Below are positions 34,158-44,081 of a stretch of DNA of 64,000 nt, in pieces. Position 1 is the first letter of the stretch; each line of letters starts with the position of its first letter. Source of the stretch: an uncultured Verrucomicrobiae bacterium (GTDB taxonomy: Bacteria > Verrucomicrobiota > Verrucomicrobiia > Chthoniobacterales > UBA10450); assembly GCA_963815455.1 (NCBI GenBank), contig CAWFGO010000001.1, forward strand, positions 1,024,001-1,088,000. The letters are read 5' to 3'. Made by a program: the position numbers and the translations under genes. Under the pieces are notes generated by a model. It had not been told where the DNA came from. It saw only the letters and a program-made list of their open reading frames with translations, and did not search any database.

Positions 34158-34310
34158 GTCATCCCGAGCGCAGTCGAGGGATCCCGTTGCGAAAGCTTTA
34201 AGGTTTCATCACGGGATCCTTCGACCCCGAAAGCGTTCGGGGCTCAGGATGACAACTGTAGCCGTCGCCCTGCGGGCGACGCGCACGCTTCGCACAGCGA
34301 AGCGGCTACA
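34158..34310. repeat. Two adjacent REP-like elements (GTCATCC family and GTAG-ended family); the second supplies the uvrA stop codon
   Basis: gtcatcccgagcg...gctcaggatgac (34158-34253); tgtagccg...cggctaca (34257-34310). Confidence 0.8.
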
Positions 34311-37300
34311 GAGCGGACGACGTCTCTAGAACTTCCCGCAAAAACGGCGCGGTGCGGCTGAGGCGATTCTTCGCGACCTCCTCCGGCGTTCCGGTTGCCA
34401 CGATCTGCCCACCATCGGCGCCGGCTTCCGGGCCAAGATCGACAACGTAATCGGCTTCGGCGATCACGCTGAGATTATGCTCGATCACGATCACGGTGTT
34501 CCCTTCATCGACGAGTCGATGCAGCACATTGAGCAGCAGTTCTACGTCGGCCATGTGCAGGCCAATGGTCGGCTCCTCCAGCAAATACAATGTCGATCCC
34601 GGTTTCCGCATTTTGCGAATCCGTTCGTTAGCCGCGCGGCTCACTCCTCGTTTGAGTTGGGTCACCAGTTTCAACCGTTGCGCTTCGCCGCCGCTCAAGG
34701 TCGGGCTCGGTTGGCCCAGTTTCAGATAGCCCAATCCGGTATCGACCAACAACGAAAGCGCGCGACCGATCTTCGGATGGGCCGAGAAAAAGTCGGCTGC
34801 TTCCTCGATCGTCATCTCCATCACGTCGCCGATCGATTTCTCGTTGTAGAGAACCTCCAGCGTTTGCGGATTATAACGCCGTCCCCGGCAATCCTCGCAC
34901 GGCACATAACTGCTGGGCAAAAAATTCATCTCCAGTTTGATCACGCCCTGGCCCTTGCAGGTCTCGCATCGGCCGCCCTCGGAATTGAACGAAAACCGGC
35001 TGGCCGAATAACCGCGGACCCGCGAGACCGGCAGTTGCGCGTACAAATTGCGGATCTCGTCAAACACTTTGATATAAGTGGCCGGCGTCGAGCGGGACGT
35101 CTTGCCGATGGGCGATTGATCGACTTCGTAAACGGCTTCGATTTTCTCCGCGCCGCTAACGAGATTGAACAACTCGCCGTTGCCGTCACGTTTTCGTTCT
35201 TCCAACTCGTCCCGCACGGCCGGCCAAAGCACGTCGTGCATTAATGTCGATTTTCCCGAGCCGGAGATCCCAGTAATGACCGAAAGTCTTCCGATCGGAA
35301 AGCGAACATCGACCTCTTTCAGGTTGTTCGCGCGCGCTTTGCGAATTTCGATCCAGTTCTTGACCTCGCGCAGGGAGCGCCGTGATTTGCGAATCGGGTG
35401 ACAAAGCGGCGCTTTTAGATAGCGCCCGGTCTCGGAATTTTTCGCGCCTTGAATATCGCGCAATGTTCCCGTGGCAACGACTTCGCCGCCGTGAACGCCC
35501 GCGCGCGGGCCGAGATCGATGATATGATCCGCGCGCCGCATCGTTTCCTCGTCGTGCTCGACGATCACGAGAGAGTTTCCTTTCTTCCGTAATGCGGTGA
35601 GCGTGTCGAGCAAGCGCAAATTATCTCGCGGATGCAAACCGATGGTCGGTTCGTCGAGCACATAAAGCACGCCGCGCAGATTGGAGCCAAGCTGCGCAGC
35701 CAGACGAATCCGCTGCGATTCGCCGCCGCTCAATGTTTTGGCCGAACGGCCCAGCGCCAGATAACCAAGCCCGACGTTCTCCATGAATAACAACCGCTGC
35801 CGAATTTCCGGCAACAACTCCGCCGCGATAGTTTTTTGCGTCCCGCGAAATTTCAGTCTGTCGATCTTGCTCGCGGCTTCGCTGGCCGACAGGCTGGTGA
35901 ACTGATCTACGCTGAAACCTTGCACGCGCACATGACGGGCGACCTCGTTCAAGCGCGAGCCGTGACAGCTCGGACATTCCCGAGCTTCCTCTTCATCGAT
36001 CCATTCCGACTCGCGCTCGGCGGCCAGCTCGTTTTCCAGAACCGATTCGCCATCGTCTTTTTCGCCGGTTTGCAAACGTTGATTCCAGATTTCGCCGAAC
36101 CCGCCGCACTCCGCGCACGCGCCATGCGGCGAATTGAACGAAAACAATCGCGGATCGAGTTCCTCGAAGGCCCGGCCACATCCCGGGCAACTCATCTCCG
36201 TGCTCATCACAGCTACCCGATTTTTTCCATCGAGAAGATGGGCCGTGCCCCGGCCAATCTCGATCGCGCGCTGGGTAAGATTGCGCGCCTTCAAAATTCG
36301 CCTGGCATCGATCACGCCGACGACCACGTCGATGGTGTGTTCTTTGAATCGCTCAAGCTTTCGAAACTGCGAGATCGGCATGAGCGCGCCATCGACATAA
36401 AGCGTGTCGAATCCCTGCCGCTCGGCCCAGCGCGCAACATCGGTGTGAAAACCCTTGCGAGCTTTAACCAGAGGCGCGAGCACCTTCAACGGCCCGCGTT
36501 TCGCCGCCGTCTCGACCTGTTTCACGATCGCGGCCAGACTCTGCTTTTCCACCGGCAAATCGCAGTCCGGGCAAAATTGGGTTCCGGTCTTGGCGAAAAG
36601 CAACCGGAGGAAATGATAAACCTCCGTTACCGTCGCGACAGTCGATTTGCCGCCGCCGCGGGTGACGCGTTGTTCGATCGCCACGCTAGGCGGCAAGCCT
36701 TCGACCAGATCGACATCCGGCTTTTCGAGTTGCTCGACAAACTGTCGCGCATAGGGCGACATGCTATCGAGGAATCGGCGTTGTCCTTCGGCAAAGAGAA
36801 TATCGAACGCCAGCGTGGATTTGCCGGAACCGCTAAGGCCGGTGATCACGACCATTTGATCGCGCGGAATCTGCACATCGATGTTCTTGAGATTGTGTTC
36901 GCGCGCGCCGTGAATCGAGATGGCCCCAGTGCTGCCGTATAGCGGTGAGTTTTCTGCGGCTCGGGCAAGCTCAACGCCGTCATCCCGAGCGAAGTCGAGG
37001 GATCCCGCGGAGCCACCATCCGAGTATCGCAACGGGATCTCTCGACTGCGCTGCGCTGCGCTCGAGATGACGGAGCGCAAGAATTGCCCCGTGTGCGACC
37101 TGTCGATCTTCGCAACTTGCTCGGGCGTTCCAATTGCAACTACCTGCCCGCCGTCATCGCCCGCTTCCGGTCCGAGATCGATGATCCAATCGGCGGACTT
37201 AATGACTTCAAGATTATGCTCGATCACTACGATCGAATGGCCGCGATCGACCAACCGCTGGAAGAGTCGGAGCAATATCGCCACATCATCGAAGTGTAAA

Positions 37301-40224
37301 CCAGTCGTCGGCTCGTCGAAAATGAACAAACCGCCCCTGGCTTCCTTTTGGCCGTTCGATTCCTCGCCTGAGCGAGTATCAGACAGGTGCCGAACCAGTC
37401 TGAGCCTTTGAGATTCGCCGCCGCTTAATGTATTCAGCGGTTGCCCCAATTTCAGATAACCGAGCCCGACTTCCTCCAGCACATCGAGAGGTTCGGAAAG
37501 AGTCTTCAGCTCGCCGATCTCGGCGAAGAATCGGGTCGCTTCGCTGACGGTCAGCTCAAGCAAATCGTGAATCGATTTACCTTCCAGCATTACTTTCAAC
37601 ACGTGCGGTTGAAAACGCCGGCCTTCACACTCGGCGCATCGCACATAAAGATCGCTCAGGAATTGCATCTCGATCTTTTCAAATCCTGTGCCCGAACAAC
37701 GCTCGCAACGACCGCTGCCGGAATTAAACGAAAATGCGCTGGCGGTCAGCCCCTGGGCCATCGCTTCCGGCTGCGCGGCGAACAATTCGCGGACCCGATC
37801 GTAAAGTCCGAGATACAAAATCGGCGTCGAGCGCGGTGTGCGGGCCAGCGACGATTGATCGACCATCACCACTTCACCGATCCGGTGCGCGCCGGTGACA
37901 GATTTGCACGCGCCCGGTTCTCCTGCCGAGCCGTAGCCCTGCGAAGGCTGGTGATCGGATGCCTGGCCTTTGGCTACGAGCAGGTTTCGATAAAGCACAT
38001 CGTGAATGAGCGTGGATTTCCCGGAGCCGGACACGCCCGTCACGCAGGTGAAAACGCCGAGCGGAAGATCGACATCGATGTTTTTCAGATTGTGTTCGCG
38101 AGCGCCGGCGATCTTGATCGACGATGTCGATCTTCGTCGCTTCTTTGGGATCGAAATCGATTTATGACCGGCGAGATAATCGCGCGTGAGCGACAGGTGG
38201 ATCGGCCGCTCCGCGGGCGATGCTAAATCCGAAGCCGCGAAGCGGCTCAAATTAGATCGCTGCGCGATCTTGTTTGGCATCGTGCGCGGAGCGCCCGATC
38301 CACCAAGGAACCTCGCGAGACTTCCATCCCACACCAATTCGCCCCCGTCCTCGCCGCGACCCGGACCGATGTCGATCAAGTGATCGGCCGCGCGAATAAT
38401 TTGCTCTTCGTGCTCGACGACAAGGAGCGTATTGCCCTTGTCGCGCAAATTGTGCATCACTCGGACGAGCCGGCCGATATCGCGCGGATGGAGCCCGATG
38501 CTGGGCTCGTCCATCACAAACAGCGTGTTGACCAGCGACGCGCCGAGGCAGGTGGTGAGATTGACCCGTTGAACTTCGCCGCCGCTCAAGGTGCGCGTGG
38601 AACGATCGAGCGTCAGATAACCGAGCCCGACCTGGCAAAGATAATTCAGCCGCGCGCAGATTTCGGTGCGCAACATTTCCGCGGTCGAATCGCTTCCGGC
38701 GAGGTCGATCTTCCCGAGAAAATTGCCCGCATCGGAAATGGAGAGAGTCGCGAATTCCGGAAGCGTGATTGAAGCCACCTTGTAATTCAGCGCTTCCGGT
38801 TGAAAACGGCCGCCGTTGCAACTTGGGCAGGTCGTGTAAGCACGATAACGGCTGAGCAGTACTCGCACGTGCATCTTATAAGTCTTGCTCTCGAGCCAGC
38901 GGAAAAATCCGCGCACACCGTACCAACGATCGTTCTCGTAATCGTCATCGATGTATTCGCCCGATCGCTTTTCCCCTTCGATCACGAAGGTTTGATCGCT
39001 CTTGGGCAATTCCTCGAACGGAACGCGAATGTCGATCTCCTCGCGAGCACAAGCCCGGAGCAAATCCTTTTGGGATTCGCCAAACTCCGTGCCGCGAAAA
39101 GCGCGGACCGCGCCCTGGGCAATGCTCAGGCTGCGATCGGGGATCGCTTTGTTGAGATCGATGGCGATGGTACGGCCGAACCCGCGACATTCCGGACACG
39201 CGCCGAGCGGATTATTAAAACTGAACAGACCCGGACTGGGCGCACGAATATCGAGGTCGCAATGCGCGCAATGCCAACCGGTGGAGAAGGGATGTTCGTG
39301 TTCCTGGAGGGACGAGCTTCCGCTCGTCCTAAGACGTGCAGAAGCACGTCCCTCCGAAGGAGTCTTGATGACGTTGACTTTGCCTTTGCCGAAACGAAGC
39401 GCGGTTTCGATCGCTTCGACCAGGCGCGCGCGATTCTCGCTGCTGATCGTGATCCGGTCCTGAATAACCTGGACCCGCGCGCCGAGGCGTAATTTTTTCT
39501 TAGGATCGACATCAACCCGCACAATTTCGTTGTCGATCCAGACGCGCAGATAACCCTGTTGCTGAAGAAACTCGAAGAACTTGCGCGGCTCTGTCTTTGC
39601 CGGAACGGAAATCCAGAAAGTGATCAGCGCGGTTCTCCTGTCATCCTGAGCCCCGAACGCTTTCGGGGTGGAAGGATCCCCTGGCGAAGCCTTTGCGCTT
39701 TTTCCACGGGATTTCTCGACTCCGTTCCGCTTCGCTTCATTCCGCTCGAAATGACAATAAATTTCATCCGCGATCGATTTCGCCGTTTCCGGTCGAATTT
39801 CGCGGCCGCAGCTTGGACAGAACGCATGGGCGATGCGGGGCCAGAGCAACTTCAGGTAATCATTGATCTCGGTCATCGTGCCGACAGTGGAGCGCGACGA
39901 TTTGACCGGGTTCGATTGTTCAATCGCGATGGCAGGCGGAATGCCGCGGATGTCGTCCACGCGCGGCTTGTCCATGCGATCGAGGAATTGCCGCATGTAG
40001 GGGCTGAACGTTTCGACGTATCGCCGCTGCCCTTCGGCGTAAATGGTTTCGAAGGCGAGGCTCGATTTCCCGCTGCCGCTCGGGCCGGTGACGACGGTCA
40101 GTTTCCCGAGCGGAAGATCGACATCGATCCCCTTCAGGTTGTTCTGACGCGCCCCGCGAATCTCGATGCAATCAACTTCAGCGACGTCCACCACGCGTTC
40201 TTTTTCGGCAGCCTTTGAACCCAC
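34306..40224 (-). CDS. uvrA: Double-length excinuclease ABC subunit A (two fused UvrA units) with in-frame REP insertions
   Basis: Four Walker A G.SGSGKS motifs, four LSGGE signatures, zinc fingers, EGQRR twice. Confidence 0.97.
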   Translation of the reverse strand: MGSKAAEKERVVDVAEVDCIEIRGARQNNLKGIDVDLPLGKLTVVTGPSGSGKSSLAFETIYAEGQRRYVETFSPYMRQFLDRMDKPRVDDIRGIPPAIAIEQSNPVKSSRSTVGTMTEINDYLKLLWPRIAHAFCPSCGREIRPETAKSIADEIYCHFERNEAKRNGVEKSRGKSAKASPGDPSTPKAFGAQDDRRTALITFWISVPAKTEPRKFFEFLQQQGYLRVWIDNEIVRVDVDPKKKLRLGARVQVIQDRITISSENRARLVEAIETALRFGKGKVNVIKTPSEGRASARLRTSGSSSLQEHEHPFSTGWHCAHCDLDIRAPSPGLFSFNNPLGACPECRGFGRTIAIDLNKAIPDRSLSIAQGAVRAFRGTEFGESQKDLLRACAREEIDIRVPFEELPKSDQTFVIEGEKRSGEYIDDDYENDRWYGVRGFFRWLESKTYKMHVRVLLSRYRAYTTCPSCNGGRFQPEALNYKVASITLPEFATLSISDAGNFLGKIDLAGSDSTAEMLRTEICARLNYLCQVGLGYLTLDRSTRTLSGGEVQRVNLTTCLGASLVNTLFVMDEPSIGLHPRDIGRLVRVMHNLRDKGNTLLVVEHEEQIIRAADHLIDIGPGRGEDGGELVWDGSLARFLGGSGAPRTMPNKIAQRSNLSRFAASDLASPAERPIHLSLTRDYLAGHKSISIPKKRRRSTSSIKIAGAREHNLKNIDVDLPLGVFTCVTGVSGSGKSTLIHDVLYRNLLVAKGQASDHQPSQGYGSAGEPGACKSVTGAHRIGEVVMVDQSSLARTPRSTPILYLGLYDRVRELFAAQPEAMAQGLTASAFSFNSGSGRCERCSGTGFEKIEMQFLSDLYVRCAECEGRRFQPHVLKVMLEGKSIHDLLELTVSEATRFFAEIGELKTLSEPLDVLEEVGLGYLKLGQPLNTLSGGESQRLRLVRHLSDTRSGEESNGQKEARGGLFIFDEPTTGLHFDDVAILLRLFQRLVDRGHSIVVIEHNLEVIKSADWIIDLGPEAGDDGGQVVAIGTPEQVAKIDRSHTGQFLRSVISSAAQRSREIPLRYSDGGSAGSLDFARDDGVELARAAENSPLYGSTGAISIHGAREHNLKNIDVQIPRDQMVVITGLSGSGKSTLAFDILFAEGQRRFLDSMSPYARQFVEQLEKPDVDLVEGLPPSVAIEQRVTRGGGKSTVATVTEVYHFLRLLFAKTGTQFCPDCDLPVEKQSLAAIVKQVETAAKRGPLKVLAPLVKARKGFHTDVARWAERQGFDTLYVDGALMPISQFRKLERFKEHTIDVVVGVIDARRILKARNLTQRAIEIGRGTAHLLDGKNRVAVMSTEMSCPGCGRAFEELDPRLFSFNSPHGACAECGGFGEIWNQRLQTGEKDDGESVLENELAAERESEWIDEEEARECPSCHGSRLNEVARHVRVQGFSVDQFTSLSASEAASKIDRLKFRGTQKTIAAELLPEIRQRLLFMENVGLGYLALGRSAKTLSGGESQRIRLAAQLGSNLRGVLYVLDEPTIGLHPRDNLRLLDTLTALRKKGNSLVIVEHDEETMRRADHIIDLGPRAGVHGGEVVATGTLRDIQGAKNSETGRYLKAPLCHPIRKSRRSLREVKNWIEIRKARANNLKEVDVRFPIGRLSVITGISGSGKSTLMHDVLWPAVRDELEERKRDGNGELFNLVSGAEKIEAVYEVDQSPIGKTSRSTPATYIKVFDEIRNLYAQLPVSRVRGYSASRFSFNSEGGRCETCKGQGVIKLEMNFLPSSYVPCEDCRGRRYNPQTLEVLYNEKSIGDVMEMTIEEAADFFSAHPKIGRALSLLVDTGLGYLKLGQPSPTLSGGEAQRLKLVTQLKRGVSRAANERIRKMRKPGSTLYLLEEPTIGLHMADVELLLNVLHRLVDEGNTVIVIEHNLSVIAEADYVVDLGPEAGADGGQIVATGTPEEVAKNRLSRTAPFLREVLETSSAL

Positions 40225-40280
40225 TGGAGATTATCCGGGCGCATCGGGGTATTGGCAAATTTCTCGCGCTAAAAACGCGC

Positions 40281-40445
40281 GTCGTCCTGATCCCGCCTCG
40301 GCGGGAGAAGGACCTCGCGATGAAGAGATAACGTTTTCGAGCAACCATGTCATCATGCCTTCAGGGCGATTCGGTCCGTGAAACACGACCGCGAGGTCCC
40401 TCGGTCCGAGCCGGACTGGCAGTGTCTGCGCGACTCGGGATGACG
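40281..40445. repeat. Degenerate GTCATCC-family REP with nested palindromes
   Basis: gaaggacctcgc ... gcgaggtccctc ... ctcgggatgacg. Confidence 0.6.
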
Positions 40446-40450
40446 GACGT

Positions 40451-42257
40451 TTATTGAGCGAACCGGGCGGCAAGTTGATCGCGCTGCTTTAGCAGTTCAT
40501 CCGGGACCACGCCGCCGAGGGAATCGAAGAATTTTTCGTGTTCGGCCAGTTCCTTTTGCCATTCCCCATGATCGACACCGAGCAATTCGGCCACGTATTT
40601 GTGATCGATGTCGAGCTCAGCCAGATCGAGATCGTGCGGACCGGGCAGCCAGCCGACGGGCGATTTGACCGCGCCGCCTTTGCCTTCGCATCGGTCGATC
40701 ATCCATTTTAGCACGCGCATGTTGTCGCCAAACCCGGGCCACAAAAACTTTCCGCCTTCGCCTTTGCGGAACCAGTTCACGTTGAAAATAAGCGGCGGAT
40801 TGGTGAGCCGCGCGCCAATGTCGATCCAGTGACGGAAATAATCGCCGATGTTATAGCCGCAGAATGGCAACATCGCCATCGGGTCGCGCCGGACCTGGCC
40901 GACTGCGCCGGTGGCCGCCGCCGTTGTTTCCGAGGCCATGGTGGCGCCGAGATAAACGCCATGGTTCCAATCAAATGATTGAAACACCAGCGGCATCGTC
41001 CTGCTGCGACGGCCGCCGAAAATGATTGCGCTGATCGGAACGCCTTCGCCTTTTTCGAAATCGGGATCGAGCACGGGATTGTTGCGCGCCGGGGTGGTAA
41101 ACCGGCTGTTCGGGTGGGCGGCTTTATCTTTTGACGCCGGCGTCCAATCGTTGCCGCGCCAATCGATCGCGTGCTTGGGCGGGGCGTCGTTCTTTGCCTT
41201 CCCACCAGACGTCGCCGTCATCGGTGAGCGCGACATTAGTGTAAAGCGTGTCGCGCTCGATCGATTTCATCGCATTCGAATTCGATTTGTAATTCGTCCC
41301 GGGAACGACCCCGAAGTAGCCGTTCTCCGGATTGACCGCATACAGTCTGCCGTCGCGAATCTGCATCCAGGCGATGTCGTCGCCCACCGTCGTGACCTTC
41401 CACCCGGCGAAATGTTTCGGCGGAATCAGCATGGCGAAATTGGTTTTACCACACGCGCTCGGGAACGCTGCGGCGACGTAATGTTTTTTTCCGTCAGGCG
41501 ATTCGACGCCGAGGATCAACATATGCTCGGCCAGCCAGCCTTGTTTGCGCGCCAGATAGGAACCGATGCGCAGGGCGAGGCATTTCTTGCTCAGTAAGAC
41601 ATTCCCGCCGTAACCCGAGCCGACCGAAATGATGGCATTGTCCTGCGGGAAATGACAAATGAACCGGCGGGCAGGATCGACATCTAATAATGAGTGCACC
41701 CCGCGGTTCCATTCCGCCTTGGGATCGTTCCCGAGACGTTTCACCGCGACCGAGCCCATCCGGGTCATGATCCGCATGTTGAGCACGACGTAGATCGAAT
41801 CGGTAATCTCGAAACCGACCTTGGTCAGCGGCGATTCGGGCGGTCCCATGATATAAGGGATAACAAACATGGTCCGGCCGCTCATCGCCCCCTTGAGCAG
41901 ACCGTTCAGTTTCGTGTAAGTCTCGCCCGGATCGGCCCAGTTATTGGTCGGCCCGGCTTCTTGCTTCGTGGGTGTGCAAATGAAAGTGAATTGCTCGACC
42001 CGGGCGACATCGTTCGGATTCGACCGATGCAAATACGAGCCGGGAACTTTTTTCTGGTTCAGCTCGACCAGCCCATTCTGCCGCATGGCTTGATCGATCA
42101 GAAACTTGTTCTCCCGCTCGGAACCGTCGCACCAAAAAATGTTGTCCGGCTTGGTGAGTGCCTCGACTTCCTGCACCCAATCGAGCACCGCTTGATTAGC
42201 CGGCTTGGCGTCGCCGATGCCGGCAGGCGGCGAAATGGCAGGTGCGATATTTTTCAT
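40451..42257 (-). CDS. pckG: GTP-dependent phosphoenolpyruvate carboxykinase (frameshift near 41200)
   Basis: DVARVE, GSGYGGN, WLAEHM, FPSACGKTN, VGDDIAW, AHPNSRF, IIFGGRR, DPMAMLPFCGYN. Confidence 0.97.
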
Positions 42258-42345
42258 GGATAAAGATGTCGATCCTACTGAATCGACCCGAAGAGAGGTA
42301 TGTTCGCCGGAGCGGGCGCGTTCTCCAAGAAATTTTTCGCCTCCC

Positions 42346-42472
42346 GTCATCCCGAGCGAAGTCGCCTGCCGAGCCGTAGCTTCATGCGAAGGCTGGAGGG
42401 ATCCCGCTGCGGGACTTTACGGTAACATCGCGGGATCCTTCGACCCCGAATGCGTTCGGGGCTCAGGATGAC
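42346..42472. repeat. GTCATCC-family REP containing a nested mini-element
   Basis: gtcatcccgagcgaagtc[gcctgccgagccgtagcttcatgcgaaggct]...gctcaggatgac. Confidence 0.8.
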
Positions 42473-42541
42473 AGAGCGAAGATGCCGCTCCGGTCGGGAT
42501 GTTCGCTTGCGCGAGCGTGCGCGCGGCCCTTTATTGAGATC

Positions 42542-43375
42542 ATGTTTGGGGTGACCACCTCCGACGATTATCGGCCGGTAACATGGATCGGACGCTACCC
42601 GGTCGGCATGATTACGATCATCGTGGCTGTTTATGTGGCCGGCATGTTCGCCACGGTCATCCTGGACACCGCGCACATTTCACTGATGCCATTCGCGTTT
42701 GACGCGCAGCGGTTTGTTCACGGCGCGTTGTGGCAACCGCTGACCTGCACGCTCATCCAAAGCGCTTCGTTCTTTTTTCTGATCAGCATGTTGTTCCTGC
42801 ACTGGTCCGGCGCCGAAGTCGAAAAACTTCTGGGGCGCACCCGGTTTCTGGCATTTTTCGGGCTGCTCCTGCTAATCCCGCCGTGCCTGATGCTGATTTG
42901 GAGCGCGCTGGGGCAACACTGGATATATGCCGGCTCCTACGAGCTAACGATCGGAATGTTTATCGCTTTTGCCACGCTCTACCCGAACATGGAGATGTTC
43001 GGTTGGGTGACATTGAAGTGGCTCGCCTTTGCCGGTCTCGTGCTGGCTTCGATGCAGTACCTGCCCAATCACCAATGGGGTCATCTCTCCATTCTCTGGG
43101 GAATGTGCCTGGCGTCGTTCGGTTACATCCGTTTTGTTCAGGACCGTTTTCACATCGATCTAAACCTTGCCCGTTTCCGCCCGTTCCGGCGGAAGCCGAA
43201 GTTTCAGGTCGTGCCGAAACCGCGACCGCGTCGCACGGTGGAACCGGACGATTTTTCCGAGTCGGTCGATGCTATCCTCGATAAGATCTCGAAATCGGGA
43301 ATGGCGAGCTTGACCGAGAGCGAGCGCAACCAACTGGAGCGCGCCCGAAATCGTCTGTTAAAAAACCCGGAGTAA
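42542..43375 (+). CDS. Rhomboid-like membrane protein with C-terminal DUF6576-like tail
   Basis: WQPLT, G..VE..LG...F, FATLYP; VDAILDKISKSG..SLT..ER..L. Confidence 0.8.
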   Translation: MFGVTTSDDYRPVTWIGRYPVGMITIIVAVYVAGMFATVILDTAHISLMPFAFDAQRFVHGALWQPLTCTLIQSASFFFLISMLFLHWSGAEVEKLLGRTRFLAFFGLLLLIPPCLMLIWSALGQHWIYAGSYELTIGMFIAFATLYPNMEMFGWVTLKWLAFAGLVLASMQYLPNHQWGHLSILWGMCLASFGYIRFVQDRFHIDLNLARFRPFRRKPKFQVVPKPRPRRTVEPDDFSESVDAILDKISKSGMASLTESERNQLERARNRLLKNPE

Positions 43376-43381
43376 CCGGAT

Positions 43382-43960
43382 CTACTTTCGAGCGAGGCGC
43401 GACTCGACGGTTTCGCAGAGAACGTGGAGAAGCAGTTTGTGCGCTTCCTGGATCCGGGCGGTTGAATCGACCGGCACCAGAAGATCGACATCGGCCTGGC
43501 CAACGGTCGAGCCGCCGTCGCGGCCGAGTAAAGCGATCGTTTTCAGTTTGCGCGTCTTGGCTTCTTCCAACGCGCGCTTGACGTTTTTCGAATTGCCCGA
43601 GGTCGTGAGACAAATGAGCAGATCGTTTTCGACTCCGAAGGCGGCGACCTGACGGGCAAAGATCTGGTCAAACCCGTAGTCGTTCCCGGCCGCGGTTAGA
43701 AGTCCGCCGTCGCCGGTGAGACAAATTGCCGGATAGGCGGGACGATCCTTGATGAAACGGACGACGAACTCGGTGGCAAAATGGGCGGCATCCGCTGCAC
43801 TCCCGCCGTTGCCGCATACGAGCAATTTATTTCCGGCGCGCAAACATCGCTCGATCAGATCGGCGGCTTCGGCAAGCTGGGGATCGAGATCGACAAGCGA
43901 TTGCAGCGTCTTTGTCGCCGCGGCGATCGCGTTTCTCAGATTTTCAGAAGAATCAGACAT
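43382..43960 (-). CDS. gmhA: Phosphoheptose isomerase (SIS domain)
   Basis: CGNGGSAADA.H, NDYGF..IFARQV, TTSGNS, TARIQE.H. Confidence 0.95.
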   Translation of the reverse strand: MSDSSENLRNAIAAATKTLQSLVDLDPQLAEAADLIERCLRAGNKLLVCGNGGSAADAAHFATEFVVRFIKDRPAYPAICLTGDGGLLTAAGNDYGFDQIFARQVAAFGVENDLLICLTTSGNSKNVKRALEEAKTRKLKTIALLGRDGGSTVGQADVDLLVPVDSTARIQEAHKLLLHVLCETVESRLARK

Positions 43961-44081
43961 GGCCGTGAGCGTTGATACAGCTTTTCCGGCAAGGAGGCAA
44001 AAAGTTTACCTTGTGGCCGATCTTAGGGCTGGATAACAATTCCGCCAAGCCGCGCGAATCCAGATCGAGAGGCTTTCCACA

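Noticed and set aside
34306..40224. Double-length UvrA as a novelty
   Set aside because: Tandem-fused UvrA is already known, e.g. in Chlamydiae and relatives; only the inserts are notable
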